Translations under genes and position numbers: made by a program
Origin: a virus
Taxonomy: Duplodnaviria; Caudoviricetes
IMG/VR virus record: IMGVR_UViG_3300036846_000250
Coordinates: 1-57,794 of that record
DNA length: 57,794 nt
Strand: one strand, 5' to 3'
Shown here: positions 17,752 through 27,819 of the stretch, piece after piece
How positions within the stretch are numbered: position 1 is the stretch's first letter
Layout of the letters: each line of letters starts with the position of its first letter
Notes under the pieces: generated by a model
The model's database searches: none
What the model saw: the letters and a program-made list of their open reading frames with translations, nothing else
Told to the model about the DNA's origin: nothing

Positions 17752-18204
17752 ATGGATAACGACCTACTGGAAAAAGCTGAGCCTGCGGCGACCAATCGGT
17801 TGCCGCTTGGGCCTAACGACGAAAGCCACTCGGAAACTGAAACTGCAATTGAAACGCAATATCGAGAACTGGAAGTCGAGAAACCGTCCCCTCCGGTGCG
17901 ACTGAAATTTGATCCGCCGATCGAATACGACGGAGAAAAATACGACCAGATCGTGTGCGATTTCGACAAGCTGATCGGAAAAGATTTTCAGCGGATCGAG
18001 CGCGAGTTCGTCCACATGTATAAGGCGGAGAAAAACGAGACCGTGCTGCCGGAACTGAAACATTTGTTTCACTGTCTGGTGATCGCGCGTGCTGCCGATG
18101 TGCCGGTTGGGTTAATCTTCAAACTGCCAAGGAGGTATTACACGCCGATACGACTTGAAGCTCTAAAAGCCTGCGGCAGCTCGCCGGACACGGAGAAAGT
18201 CTGA
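17752..18204 (+). CDS. Tail assembly chaperone
   Basis: PIEYDGEKYD..DFDKL.GKD..RIE, ARAADVP; between tube and tape measure. Confidence 0.8.
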   Translation: MDNDLLEKAEPAATNRLPLGPNDESHSETETAIETQYRELEVEKPSPPVRLKFDPPIEYDGEKYDQIVCDFDKLIGKDFQRIEREFVHMYKAEKNETVLPELKHLFHCLVIARAADVPVGLIFKLPRRYYTPIRLEALKACGSSPDTEKV

Positions 18205-18347
18205 CCGGACTTATCCGGACGATTGTGGTGCGGTTGGCGCGTGCATTAGGCGGCGGCGTCGACTACTGGATGGAGCTGCCGATCAGAGAACTGGGAGAGT
18301 ATATGACCGAACTCGCCAAGCAAATCGAAGCGGAGAACGCCGAGTAA
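18159..18347 (+). CDS. Tail chaperone extension (GT/E+E'-like), probably by -1 frameshift
   Basis: -1 frame open 18159-18347 (LTGLIRTIVVRLARALGGGVDYWMELPIRELGEY...); CTA AAA G at 18163-18169. Confidence 0.6.
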   Translation, partial: SSKSLRQLAGHGESLTGLIRTIVVRLARALGGGVDYWMELPIRELGEYMTELAKQIEAENAE

Positions 18348-18348
18348 T

Positions 18349-20610
18349 ATGGCTGCGTCCGCCCAACAGCAATACGTAGTCAATTTCGCCATAGGCGCGA
18401 AGCTGCTCAGTTCGTTCTCCGGTGCGATGAACGCTGCACAGACTCGCATGAAAACCATGGAGAAAACTGTGAAGGGCGTCAGCACAGCGGTCAAAGGCAT
18501 GACCGGCATCTTGTTAGGCGCACTCGCTGCACTGGGCGGTCGCGCGATCTTCAACAAAATATTCGAGGGCGCGGAGGAGGCTGCGATCGCGGCGGAACAA
18601 CGGACGCGGCGCATGGTGACGTCGCTCCTGCGGCTGCAATCAATCGCTGCCAGAGGTCGCGGCTACTCCGAGGATCAGGTCAAAATACTGCAGAAGCACA
18701 CCGAGGAACTTGCGAAACATTCCGTCTACTCGCAGGACATTCTGAACGCTGGCGAGGATCAGCTGGCGGTCTACGCTGTGCCTCCGAAATACATCGAACA
18801 GGCTATCGGCCCGATGCAGGATTTGCTGGCTGTGAGCAAAGGCGTCACGGCGAACGAGGGCGACATGTCTCAGCTCGCAAACGCATTCGGCAAAGCAATC
18901 AAGACTGGAATGACGAAGCCGTTGAAGGAATTCGGCATCGTGCTCAGTCCACTGGAACAGCAGTATCTGAAAGCGATGTCGAAAGCTGGCGACCTCCAAG
19001 GGGCATACAATTTCTTGTTAGGCAAAATGCGATTCGCTGCTGGCGAAGCGGCGCGGCTGATGACCACGCCACAGGGCAGAATCAAAAAAGCACAGGAGAA
19101 TATTCTCGAAATGGGCAAGCGCGTGAAACAGGCGCTGCTGCCCGACCAAGCGGCGATGCAGGAAGCGTGGACGAACGCGATGCTGTCGCTTGAACCTGCG
19201 CTGACTGCATTCGAGCGTTCCATGACACATCTGAAAACGTGGGGCGCACAAGAGTTCGGCGACTTAGTGAAGGCACTCTCGACGCCGGACGCGAAGCAGG
19301 CTATCGACGACCTGACGCAATCTGTGAAAGGCCTCGGCGCGTCATTCGGCAGCACGCACACGGAGGGCAAGTCGTTAGGCACGATGCTCGGAGAATGGCT
19401 GTCTGGCGAGATCAAGCAGACCGGCGAGGATTTCATTCATCTCGAGCGGATCATCGTGAACATCCAACGCCACTGGACGATTCTCGAAGGCGCGTTCATC
19501 GGCGGCTGGCAACGGATCGAATCGGCGTTCGGAAAGCTGACCGACCTGTGGGAAAAGTTCAAGGCGTCAATCACGGACTGGAAACCTCCGTGGTGGATGC
19601 CACTGAATCCGTTGACTATCGGACAAAAAATTTACAAGGGCGGCGCTGGCGTTCGTTCGGCTGTGGGAAACTGGAACGCTGGCGCGACACAACGCGCGAT
19701 CACAGCGGCTGGCGGTGGGCCGTCCGGCGGTGTGGCGTCTGCTGCTTCTGGTGTCGCTGCGGCTGGCGGCGCGTCGAACGCCGCGCCACTGAGCGCGGCG
19801 GCGGCGTCGAGCATCCAAGCCGAACGCGCTGGCTTCATCAAGGAATTGCAGACGCCATACATGCAGAAGCTGGTCGCGGCGACTCTGTCGACCGAGACCT
19901 CTGGCGCGGAGAGCCAGAAGAACGTCTACGAAGCTTTAATCAATCGCGCTGCGGCCTACAAGATCGCTGGCAAATACCACGGCATGGAACAGATGATCAA
20001 AGGCGGTTTCTACGGCCCGTGGAATCGCCGCGAGACGGCTGCTGTGATGAGCAAAGGAATCTCTGAGGCGCGACTGAAACAAGTGGCGGAATACACCAGC
20101 GAACTCGCTGCCGGTCGCAACGTTCTCGGAGGCCTGACCGATCAGGGAATGATCAACGAGATCAAAGGTGCCAAGAAAAAATTCGGCGAGGACTACTACG
20201 GCATGATGGGATTCGAGGGCGAAAAACAAACTGCTGCCTACCGTGCTGGCGCTGGTCAAGTGGCTGCGCCTACGGCTGTGGCGTCGGAGAACAAACCTCC
20301 GCCGTTGCTTGCTGCGGTTCCTGGCATGGCTGCTGGCGGCATTGCCATGCGTCCGATGCTGGCGCAGCTCGCCGAGCGCGGCGCGGAAGCGGTCGTCCCG
20401 TTAGGCCGAGGCGGTCGCGGTCTTGGCGGCATGATGGGAACGGCTGTGCATTTCATGCCGAACATAACGATCCACGGCGGCGGCTCCGGCGCGGAAATAC
20501 AGGACGGCATGGTCGACAAGCTGCGCGATCTGTCGCGCGAATTCGTGGGGCAATTCAAGCGTGCGCAGCAGCACGAACGCCGACTAAGTTACGAGGGCGG
20601 CTACGGATGA
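18349..20610 (+). CDS. Tape measure protein with putative C-terminal peptidoglycan hydrolase domain
   Basis: Ala/Gly-rich helical protein; AATLSTE...VYEALINR...GFYGPWN domain; MAAGGI..P....AERGAEAVVPL C-terminal motif. Confidence 0.85.
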   Translation: MAASAQQQYVVNFAIGAKLLSSFSGAMNAAQTRMKTMEKTVKGVSTAVKGMTGILLGALAALGGRAIFNKIFEGAEEAAIAAEQRTRRMVTSLLRLQSIAARGRGYSEDQVKILQKHTEELAKHSVYSQDILNAGEDQLAVYAVPPKYIEQAIGPMQDLLAVSKGVTANEGDMSQLANAFGKAIKTGMTKPLKEFGIVLSPLEQQYLKAMSKAGDLQGAYNFLLGKMRFAAGEAARLMTTPQGRIKKAQENILEMGKRVKQALLPDQAAMQEAWTNAMLSLEPALTAFERSMTHLKTWGAQEFGDLVKALSTPDAKQAIDDLTQSVKGLGASFGSTHTEGKSLGTMLGEWLSGEIKQTGEDFIHLERIIVNIQRHWTILEGAFIGGWQRIESAFGKLTDLWEKFKASITDWKPPWWMPLNPLTIGQKIYKGGAGVRSAVGNWNAGATQRAITAAGGGPSGGVASAASGVAAAGGASNAAPLSAAAASSIQAERAGFIKELQTPYMQKLVAATLSTETSGAESQKNVYEALINRAAAYKIAGKYHGMEQMIKGGFYGPWNRRETAAVMSKGISEARLKQVAEYTSELAAGRNVLGGLTDQGMINEIKGAKKKFGEDYYGMMGFEGEKQTAAYRAGAGQVAAPTAVASENKPPPLLAAVPGMAAGGIAMRPMLAQLAERGAEAVVPLGRGGRGLGGMMGTAVHFMPNITIHGGGSGAEIQDGMVDKLRDLSREFVGQFKRAQQHERRLSYEGGYG

Positions 20611-20616
20611 ACACGG

Positions 20617-20644
20617 AAGCTTATCTCCATTTGATGATAAGCTT
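20617..20644 (+). repeat. 28-bp palindromic element, copy 6
   Basis: AAGCTTATCTCCATTTGATGATAAGCTT. Confidence 0.9.
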
Positions 20645-20661
20645 TCCCACGGAGAACGGCT

Positions 20662-20997
20662 ATGGCTAACGGCATCCCGACTCCGCCTGCGCCTGTCGTC
20701 GTGCCGCCGTTCGTGCCGGACGCCACATACATTTCGTTAGGCCAGCCGAAGTCGCCGCGCATCTATGTCTCGACACAGGGCGATTGGTGGGATCTGATCG
20801 CCATTCGCGTTTACGGCCGCGTCCGAGGCAACGAGCATTTGATGTTTCGCCTGCTTGAAGCGAACTACGCGCTGCGGGAAGTCTGCAATTTTCCGGCTGG
20901 CGTGGCGGTGATTGTGCCGGACGTGCCGATCGTGAACGAAATTCCTCTGGTGCCGTGGAAAGCGGCTACTGCAATTCCATCTTCGTTGCCGCCATGA
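20662..20997 (+). CDS. Tail protein X (LysM-like)
   Basis: Y.STQGDWWDLIA.RVYG...LLEAN...FPAGV.V.VP...PW. Confidence 0.88.
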   Translation: MANGIPTPPAPVVVPPFVPDATYISLGQPKSPRIYVSTQGDWWDLIAIRVYGRVRGNEHLMFRLLEANYALREVCNFPAGVAVIVPDVPIVNEIPLVPWKAATAIPSSLPP

Positions 20998-22133
20998 TTG
21001 CACAAGTTCGAGCAGCGCATCCGGAAATCATTGTCGGCGGACAGGATTACTACCACGCGCTCGCGCCGTATTTCATGAGCATGACCTACGAGGATTCGTG
21101 CGACGGAATGAAAGCGGACGACTTGCATATCGTGCTGGCCGACCGCGATCACAAGTTCATCAGCTCGTGGGCACCGAGCAAAGGCGCGACGCTTGAAGCT
21201 GCGATCGTGGCCGAGCGATGGTTCGCGCCGAACGCTTCCGCGCTGCGACTGGACTGCGGCAAATTCTGGATCGACACAATCGAGTTCACTCTGCCTGACA
21301 GCAAGGTGCTGATCAAAGCGACTTCGATCCCGACGGACGTTCGGATCAAGGCGAGCACGGAAACGCGCGGCTGGGAACAGACTACGTTGCAGGACGTGAC
21401 TGCGCAGATCGGCGGCGAGAACAAACTGATGATCGACTGGCAAGCGATGGTCAATCCGCGCTACAAACGCGTGGAACAAGTCGAGGAATCCGGACTCGGC
21501 TTCCTGCAAAAAAAAGCGAACGACGCGAAGCTGGCGATCAAGGTATGCCGCGACAAGCTGATCGTGTTCGACGAGCAACAGCTCGAGGAAAAACCGGCTG
21601 CGTTTACTCTGCTCTACGGCAACATGCCTGTGCAGGGCGGCGCGTGCTACCGGCTGGCTGGCGCACACTTCGTGACGCAGATCATGGACACGGCACAGAA
21701 GGCGAAAATTCTGGCGATGAGTGCGGAGACCGCGAACATCAAATCCGGCGAGTGGGCCACGACGGATTCTGCTGGCGGCGACGGCGAAGGCGGTGACACC
21801 GAGGGCGACAAAGTGAACTACGACACGGACGGCGAGGAAAACGAGGACGGCGAGGGCGAGTTCCGCGACGAGAATTTGTCTGGCAACTGGGAGACGACCG
21901 ACTCTCTCAGCGCACTAAAAGCGAAGTCGTTGCTGCGCGACAAGAACAAGAAAAAAGATCAATGCCGGTTGCAGCTTGGCATCGGCAATCCGCTGGTTGC
22001 GGCGGGACAGACTTTCAATCTGGTCGGCGTCGGACAGTTCGACGGCAAGTGGTTTATCGAGTGCGCACGCCACACGGTCGGGCCGCAATACGAGACCGAA
22101 CTGGATGTGCGTCGGTGTTTGGAGGGCTACTGA
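20994..22133 (+). CDS. Baseplate hub / late control D protein
   Basis: SMTYED..DG..ADDL.I.LADRD, G.F.ID.IE, VEQ..ESGLGFL, GNP.VAAG, G.G.FDGKW.I..ARH. Confidence 0.9.
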   Translation: MIAQVRAAHPEIIVGGQDYYHALAPYFMSMTYEDSCDGMKADDLHIVLADRDHKFISSWAPSKGATLEAAIVAERWFAPNASALRLDCGKFWIDTIEFTLPDSKVLIKATSIPTDVRIKASTETRGWEQTTLQDVTAQIGGENKLMIDWQAMVNPRYKRVEQVEESGLGFLQKKANDAKLAIKVCRDKLIVFDEQQLEEKPAAFTLLYGNMPVQGGACYRLAGAHFVTQIMDTAQKAKILAMSAETANIKSGEWATTDSAGGDGEGGDTEGDKVNYDTDGEENEDGEGEFRDENLSGNWETTDSLSALKAKSLLRDKNKKKDQCRLQLGIGNPLVAAGQTFNLVGVGQFDGKWFIECARHTVGPQYETELDVRRCLEGY

Positions 22134-22165
22134 TGGTCAAACATCGCTCTAGGAATGGCTCGCCT

Positions 22166-22260
22166 TGCGCTCAGGATTGCGCGTATCGCGTTTTTATGGC
22201 GGCATGGCTGTGGTCATACTGGAAAGCAAACAAAACGATTCTAGCGCGGTTTTAGAACGA
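22166..22260 (+). repeat. ~100-bp bipartite element (family B), copy 2
   Basis: CAGGATTGCGCGTATCGCGTTTT-N37(TGGCTGTGG)-AAAACGATTCTA. Confidence 0.85.
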
Positions 22261-22271
22261 TCTTCACTTTT

Positions 22272-22955
22272 ATGCAAAAGAACTTGCTGTCGGACACGGA
22301 CTACACGAAAGGCCACGACAACCGCTACGGCATCACAGGAGCGTTCGGTCGCATCTCGAAGCTCGAAGTGACAAAAGACGCGGCGAACGTCCGCGTGATC
22401 ATGGGCGACCGGCAGGATCACAAAAACCAGCCGCTGATTTCAAAACCGATTCCGGTGTTGCAGATCGCGTCACAGGCGAAAAAAAGTTTCGCCATGCCTC
22501 GCGTGAACGACGTCGTCTGCATGGTCAAGCTGCCGAACGGCACAGGGAACTACGCGGTGCTCGGATCGTTCTACACCAAGAAAAATCCGCCGCCTGTGAC
22601 CGACCCGATGCTTGATCACACGCTCTACGACGACGGCTCGACGCTGCAATTCGACGCCAGCAAAGGCCAGATGGATTGGAACATCAAAGGCGACATCAAC
22701 TGGACGAACGACGGCGCGGTGACGATCACTCTTAAAAAAGGCTACACGATCAAGCTTGACGGCGACATGTCGATCGAAGCGGCGAACATCATTTTGAAGG
22801 GCAACATCCAGCACACTGGCGACATGACGACCAGCGGCATCCACAACGCGAGCGACGGTCCGCACGCGTCGTGCGGCTCGGCACAGGGCGAACTGGAACA
22901 ACGAATCGCCTCGCTCGAGGCGCGGCTCGCAGCGTTGGAGGCGCGGCCGCAATGA
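22272..22955 (+). CDS. Baseplate spike (gpV-like)
   Basis: G.IS......VRV, MPRVND.V, VLGSFY, YDDGS..FD. Confidence 0.85.
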   Translation: MQKNLLSDTDYTKGHDNRYGITGAFGRISKLEVTKDAANVRVIMGDRQDHKNQPLISKPIPVLQIASQAKKSFAMPRVNDVVCMVKLPNGTGNYAVLGSFYTKKNPPPVTDPMLDHTLYDDGSTLQFDASKGQMDWNIKGDINWTNDGAVTITLKKGYTIKLDGDMSIEAANIILKGNIQHTGDMTTSGIHNASDGPHASCGSAQGELEQRIASLEARLAALEARPQ

Positions 22956-22958
22956 ACG

Positions 22959-22986
22959 AAGCTTATCTGCATTTGGTGATAAGCTT
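22959..22986 (+). repeat. 28-bp palindromic element, copy 7
   Basis: AAGCTTATCTGCATTTGGTGATAAGCTT. Confidence 0.95.
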
Positions 22987-22994
22987 ACCTGCTT

Positions 22995-23492
22995 ATGGTT
23001 GAAGGATTCTACGGCTCTATCATTTTCGGTCGTGCGCTCGGACGCATACAGACTTTCCATGAGATCGAGCGCAAGTATCAGGGACGCTTCAACGCGCACA
23101 TGGTTCACTTGCAGAAACCGCTGCTCGAGTGGGCTGGCAACGACCTGATCAAGCTGGACATGAAAGTGAATCTCGACGCGTCGTGGTGCGGCGATCCGCT
23201 GCCGCTGCTGGCGGAGTGGCATTTCTACCACGAGAACGCCATGTTCGCGCCATTGCTGATCGGCGGAAAACCAATGGCGTCCGGCCTGTCGCTGTTCGTG
23301 ATTACGGACTTGCACGAAGCGCACAAGCACTGGCTGGTCGGCGGTCGCCTGCTGGCGGTCGAACTGGCGATCACGTTCGGCGAATACATTCCGTTCGCGG
23401 ACAGCTCGTCGACCTCGTTAGGCATTCCCGGCTTCGGCGGCGGATTTGGAAACGGTGGCGGCGGCACTGTGGAAGTGGGGCCTGTCCAGTGA
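22995..23492 (+). CDS. P2 GpU-like tail tube initiator
   Basis: G.YGSIIF, H....KPLLEW.G, PLLIGGK, ITFGEY. Confidence 0.8.
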   Translation: MVEGFYGSIIFGRALGRIQTFHEIERKYQGRFNAHMVHLQKPLLEWAGNDLIKLDMKVNLDASWCGDPLPLLAEWHFYHENAMFAPLLIGGKPMASGLSLFVITDLHEAHKHWLVGGRLLAVELAITFGEYIPFADSSSTSLGIPGFGGGFGNGGGGTVEVGPVQ

Positions 23493-24220
23493 ACGCTCGC
23501 ATCACACTGCCGAAACCGCCTGTGCCGTCCGCGCCGCCGCCCTATGTGCCTCCGGCAAACAAGGTGTATGGCTACGGGCAGATGCCGGAACTAGGATCGA
23601 ACTGGCGCATCAAATTCTCGGACGCGGACGGCCTTCCTCTGAACATGGTTTCGTTTGAAGTGATCGACTTCGGCGCGATCTCCTACAAGGAAATTTTTCA
23701 GAACGTGAAGACGATCCTCGCCACGCCGCTCTACTCTGCGGCTCTGGAACGTTTGCTAGGCATCGACGAGTCGATCGTGGACTTGCCAATCGGTCAGGCG
23801 GCACAGGCTGTGGTGGCGATTCTGGACGCGCTATACTTTTGGGAGCCGCGCGTCGAAGTGGTGAACATCGGGTTCGCCTCCGACGGAATAAGCGCACATC
23901 TGATTTGCAACCTGCAATTGAAAATAAAAAATGTAATCTATGGGACGGAGACGCCGTATGATCGAAACAATATTTTCCCGATGCCGCCAGTCGTTACGCA
24001 GGAGCTGCCTCCGATGAATGTGCCTGTCGCTGGACCTATTGGGCCGACCGGAGTGCGCGGCAGTCTGTGGTTCACTGGCCCGACCGATCCGACGCAAGTG
24101 ACTGGCGTGCTGCCACAGGACATGTATCTGAACACGACGAGCGGCGACGTGTTTCAGTTCGACGGCGTCACCAACACATGGAAAGGAGTCACACAGCCAT
24201 GGGCTGGGGCGCGCCAATAG
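23489..24220 (+). CDS. Baseplate wedge gp25/GpW-like protein with fibre-like C-terminal extension
   Basis: EIFQNVKTILATP...LGID...WEPRVEV; GTGA overlap start. Confidence 0.8.
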   Translation: MNARITLPKPPVPSAPPPYVPPANKVYGYGQMPELGSNWRIKFSDADGLPLNMVSFEVIDFGAISYKEIFQNVKTILATPLYSAALERLLGIDESIVDLPIGQAAQAVVAILDALYFWEPRVEVVNIGFASDGISAHLICNLQLKIKNVIYGTETPYDRNNIFPMPPVVTQELPPMNVPVAGPIGPTGVRGSLWFTGPTDPTQVTGVLPQDMYLNTTSGDVFQFDGVTNTWKGVTQPWAGARQ

Positions 24221-25299
24221 GCAACATCAAAGGTCCGGCTGGCGATCCCGAGGGCGCGGTCAATGGACTGACGCCACTGCTCGCCGGACAGGATTACGTG
24301 GACGTCGATTTCGGATTTGATCAGGACAATCTTGAATGGATCGTTCGCGCCCTAAACGTGATCAACACGACCGACGCTTCTCCGGCGCGGCTGGTGCCAA
24401 TGACGATGGTGCAAAAGACTGTGAGCGGATTTCGCGTTCTGTTAAACGGAGCGCCGGACACAGGCAATTATCTTTTGGCGTGGGGCGTTCTCGGGACGCC
24501 GCCACCGCCGCCGACCGAGGCGACCACATATTTGATGTCAGGCCCGACCGGAGGAATACAAGGGCAACAGTCGACGCCGTTCTTACTCTCGCTGCCGCCG
24601 AATACTTTTCTGTCTGCTGACGTGTCGATCACTCCTGCGGAGACGATTGGCAATCCGCCGTCGACTGACTTTACTCCTCCACAGGTCACGTTAGGCCCGA
24701 ACGCGGCTTCGGCGACGTTCATCTATACGCCAGCGACCGCAGGCGACAAATCAATCTCTTGCAGCAACAGTGGCGGTCTGACTGATCCAACGCCGCTGCC
24801 CTACCATGTTCAGGGCATGGTGCTTGATGCTAGCTACAACCAAGTCGGCACGATCAGCGACACATGGTATGGCGGCGACGACAGCGCGGTCGGCGAGTTC
24901 TTCACCTCGAATGGCGGCGTGCTCGATCACGTAAAAAAAGTCATCAGAGTGACCGGTGCTCCGACCGGAAACGTGTTCGCCAAAATCTACACGAGCGACA
25001 ACGTCAATTACATTCCTGGCTCCCTGCTTGCTACGTCCGATCCTGTGGCGATCAGCGCCATCGCCGCTGGCGATTGGAACACGTTTAATTTTTCCGGCTC
25101 CAATCGCATCACGCTCGACAACGGCGGAAACTATTTCGTGGTGTTCGAGTTCACAGGCGGCGATGCGAGCAACAAGCTCGGCTACCTGTATTCTGGCGAC
25201 AGCGGATACGGAGGCTGGTGCGTGACTAATCATTTGGGCGCGTGGACAAACCTGAGTTTTGCCTACGATACTGACTTCGAAGTTTGGGTCATACGATGA
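24199..25299 (+). CDS. Virion structural/receptor-binding protein
   Basis: AAGGAG RBS; Gly/Thr/Pro-rich beta-sandwich-like sequence in the baseplate module. Confidence 0.65.
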   Translation: MGWGAPIGNIKGPAGDPEGAVNGLTPLLAGQDYVDVDFGFDQDNLEWIVRALNVINTTDASPARLVPMTMVQKTVSGFRVLLNGAPDTGNYLLAWGVLGTPPPPPTEATTYLMSGPTGGIQGQQSTPFLLSLPPNTFLSADVSITPAETIGNPPSTDFTPPQVTLGPNAASATFIYTPATAGDKSISCSNSGGLTDPTPLPYHVQGMVLDASYNQVGTISDTWYGGDDSAVGEFFTSNGGVLDHVKKVIRVTGAPTGNVFAKIYTSDNVNYIPGSLLATSDPVAISAIAAGDWNTFNFSGSNRITLDNGGNYFVVFEFTGGDASNKLGYLYSGDSGYGGWCVTNHLGAWTNLSFAYDTDFEVWVIR

Positions 25300-27572
25300 A
25301 CAATTTTCTTATCAGGGACGGAAAGCTGCAAAGTCCGTTGGACTTCGGCGGCTTTCCTATGATCAATCCGCCTGCTGGCATAGGCGGCGGCGGCAGCGGC
25401 AGCGGCTATCAATACAGCGTGCGATCATACGGCGCGGTCGGCGACGGCGTGAGCGATGACACTGGCGCGATACAGGCGACGCTCGCCGCGATTCCTGCTA
25501 CTGGCGGCGTGTTGTATTTCCCTGCGGGGCAATACAAATATTCCGGCCCGACTCTGACGCTGACGAAAAAAGTGACTGTCCTCGGCGACGGTGGCGTGAA
25601 CGAGTTTCAGAATGGGATCGCAATCTCGACAATCGATTTCCCGAGCGGAACTGGAACTTTGTTCGACGTGAAAGTGAGCGGCTGCACGTTCCGGCATCTT
25701 ATGCTTCGCAATACCAGCATGAGCGTGCCGACCGATGGCGCTGGCATCGTTGTGTCTGGCGGTGGCGGAACACTCGACGGCAGCCGGACTACCTACGAGT
25801 GCGTGAGCGTGCAGGGCTTTTACATCCCGATCGACGTGCAGGCTGGCACAGGGCACGTCTGGCAAAACTGCTTGATCTTCGATCCGGTGCTCTACGGACT
25901 AAGGCTGCGGAACATCGTTCTGCCGGACGGCGGCGACCACGCGATCAGCGACTGCTTTATCTACGGAAGCCCGACGCGGACAGTGGCTGCTGCGATCCGA
26001 ATCGAGTCAGGCGGCGGCGTGAAAATCGTCAATACGAAAATCAACAACGGCTCTTTCCTGTGGGACGTGGGCATCGACTTGGCTGTGACCGCTGGCATAT
26101 CGACGTCCGATTTGAATATCTGCAATTGCTCGATCGAAGGCTTGAGCGGCTTCGGCATTCGAGGGCGACTCGGCGCTGGCGCGGCGTGGGGCAACATCCA
26201 GATCACGGGCAACCAGATTATGATGCAGGGCGCATCGCCGACCGGAATCGACTTCGACGGCACAGGCGGCAGCGCAATGGCTTTCACTGGTCTGCACCTG
26301 ACCGGAAACCGTGGCAATTGCGGCGGCAGCAGCAATCCGTTTATCCGAGTCGCCAGCGCACTCGACGTGGTCATGTCCGGCAACGGACACACTGGATTTT
26401 CTTCACCGATCATCATCGGAAACTCGGTGACGTTCTCCTCCGGCGGCACGATGCCGTGGCCGTCTGGCGGCGGCAGCAATGTGCTCGGCGTTTTCAAAAA
26501 CGTGATGGACCCGCCCTACAACGCCAAGTGCGACGGCGCGACGGACGACACAGCGGCGATTCAAGGCGCAATTCAAGACGTGTTCAATCTCGGCGGCGGC
26601 GTGGTTTATTTTCCGCGCCCGAGCGACCCGACGAAATTCTACCTGTGCAACGGGAGCTACGACGCGACGACGAACAGCATTTTGAAATTTCCTCTGGCGA
26701 GTGCGCTGACCGATCGACCGCGATACATCGAACTGCGCGGCGAGTCGCCGTCGATGTGGGGAACGTATGACGGCGACGGTTACGCCACGATGATCCAGAC
26801 TACGCGCAACGACGGAAGCGGAACTGCGCCTGCGTTATTGGCTGGCGGCGCGGCGTCCTACTACGGCGCGGACATGAATCCGCGCAATCAAAACCAGATC
26901 AAAGTCTGCCTCCGGAATTTGCGATTCACGCTGCCGAATAACTCGACGCTGTGGGGCGTCCGGCTGGACTCGGTTGGCTTGGCTGTGGTCGAAGACATTT
27001 CGGTGCTGGCTGGTGGGCCGAACACTTATGGCGCAGTCGGATTGCACATGCCGCGCTACGTGACCATGTCGCAGTCTCAGGCGAACCGGATTTTGGTTGC
27101 CGGTTTCGACACTGGCGTTGCGGCTGGCGAAACGTTCATCATGCCGTGGTCGTATCTGTCGAACTGCAAGATCGGATTTCTTTGCCTCGGTGGCGGCTGC
27201 AACCGGATCACAGTGAACTGCGACACTTGCCAGACAGGAATCAAAATTCTTGCTGGCCCACCGCTTTACGCTGGCCAGACGGTGATGGACTGCATCTACA
27301 ATCACGAACACAACGACCTCGGCGGGACGTTTCCATTCGTGGCTGACATTGACGATGCAGGCAACATGGGCGGCGGCATCATCCGATACTTGATCGCTCA
27401 GGTCAGCACGGTCGGTTACAATCAGATCGCGCCCGTGATCATCGGCGGCGCGAACCTGAGCATCGTCTCAGCGACCGGCAATCGCTTCTGCCAGAGGCAA
27501 TCGACTTATCCAACGCCGACTGATTTGCCATCGGCAATCGCCTGCCTTCGGGCGGCTGGACTTTGCGCATGA
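25296..27572 (+). CDS. Tailspike/depolymerase with two tandem pectate-lyase-like beta-helix domains
   Basis: YSVRSYGAVGDGVSDDTGAIQA...LYFPAG.Y and NVMDPPYNAKCDGATDDTAAIQ...VYFP. Confidence 0.8.
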   Translation: MNNFLIRDGKLQSPLDFGGFPMINPPAGIGGGGSGSGYQYSVRSYGAVGDGVSDDTGAIQATLAAIPATGGVLYFPAGQYKYSGPTLTLTKKVTVLGDGGVNEFQNGIAISTIDFPSGTGTLFDVKVSGCTFRHLMLRNTSMSVPTDGAGIVVSGGGGTLDGSRTTYECVSVQGFYIPIDVQAGTGHVWQNCLIFDPVLYGLRLRNIVLPDGGDHAISDCFIYGSPTRTVAAAIRIESGGGVKIVNTKINNGSFLWDVGIDLAVTAGISTSDLNICNCSIEGLSGFGIRGRLGAGAAWGNIQITGNQIMMQGASPTGIDFDGTGGSAMAFTGLHLTGNRGNCGGSSNPFIRVASALDVVMSGNGHTGFSSPIIIGNSVTFSSGGTMPWPSGGGSNVLGVFKNVMDPPYNAKCDGATDDTAAIQGAIQDVFNLGGGVVYFPRPSDPTKFYLCNGSYDATTNSILKFPLASALTDRPRYIELRGESPSMWGTYDGDGYATMIQTTRNDGSGTAPALLAGGAASYYGADMNPRNQNQIKVCLRNLRFTLPNNSTLWGVRLDSVGLAVVEDISVLAGGPNTYGAVGLHMPRYVTMSQSQANRILVAGFDTGVAAGETFIMPWSYLSNCKIGFLCLGGGCNRITVNCDTCQTGIKILAGPPLYAGQTVMDCIYNHEHNDLGGTFPFVADIDDAGNMGGGIIRYLIAQVSTVGYNQIAPVIIGGANLSIVSATGNRFCQRQSTYPTPTDLPSAIACLRAAGLCA

Positions 27573-27772
27573 ATATTCCGCCACGCGATCAGGTAGCACT
27601 CATCATCGCCGCTGGCTTGATCGGTTGGGGGCTTGTGCTGTTGATTGGTCTCACGATTCGCGGCAGACCGTTATCAGGCAGCGGCGGCGAAATTTTCTTG
27701 GCAATCGCCACAGGCCTGACTACAGCTTTGGGCGCATATTTCGCAACACGTAACGGAGGAGGGAAACCATGA
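27569..27772 (+). CDS. Small two-TM membrane protein (holin candidate)
   Basis: Two hydrophobic segments; LGAYF near C-terminus. Confidence 0.55.
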   Translation: MNIPPRDQVALIIAAGLIGWGLVLLIGLTIRGRPLSGSGGEIFLAIATGLTTALGAYFATRNGGGKP

Positions 27773-27799
27773 AGCTTATCTGCATTTGGTGATAAGCTT
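27772..27799 (+). repeat. 28-bp palindromic element, copy 8
   Basis: AAGCTTATCTGCATTTGGTGATAAGCTT overlapping the stop codon. Confidence 0.95.
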
Positions 27800-27819
27800 G
27801 CCACACGGAGACAAAGAAC

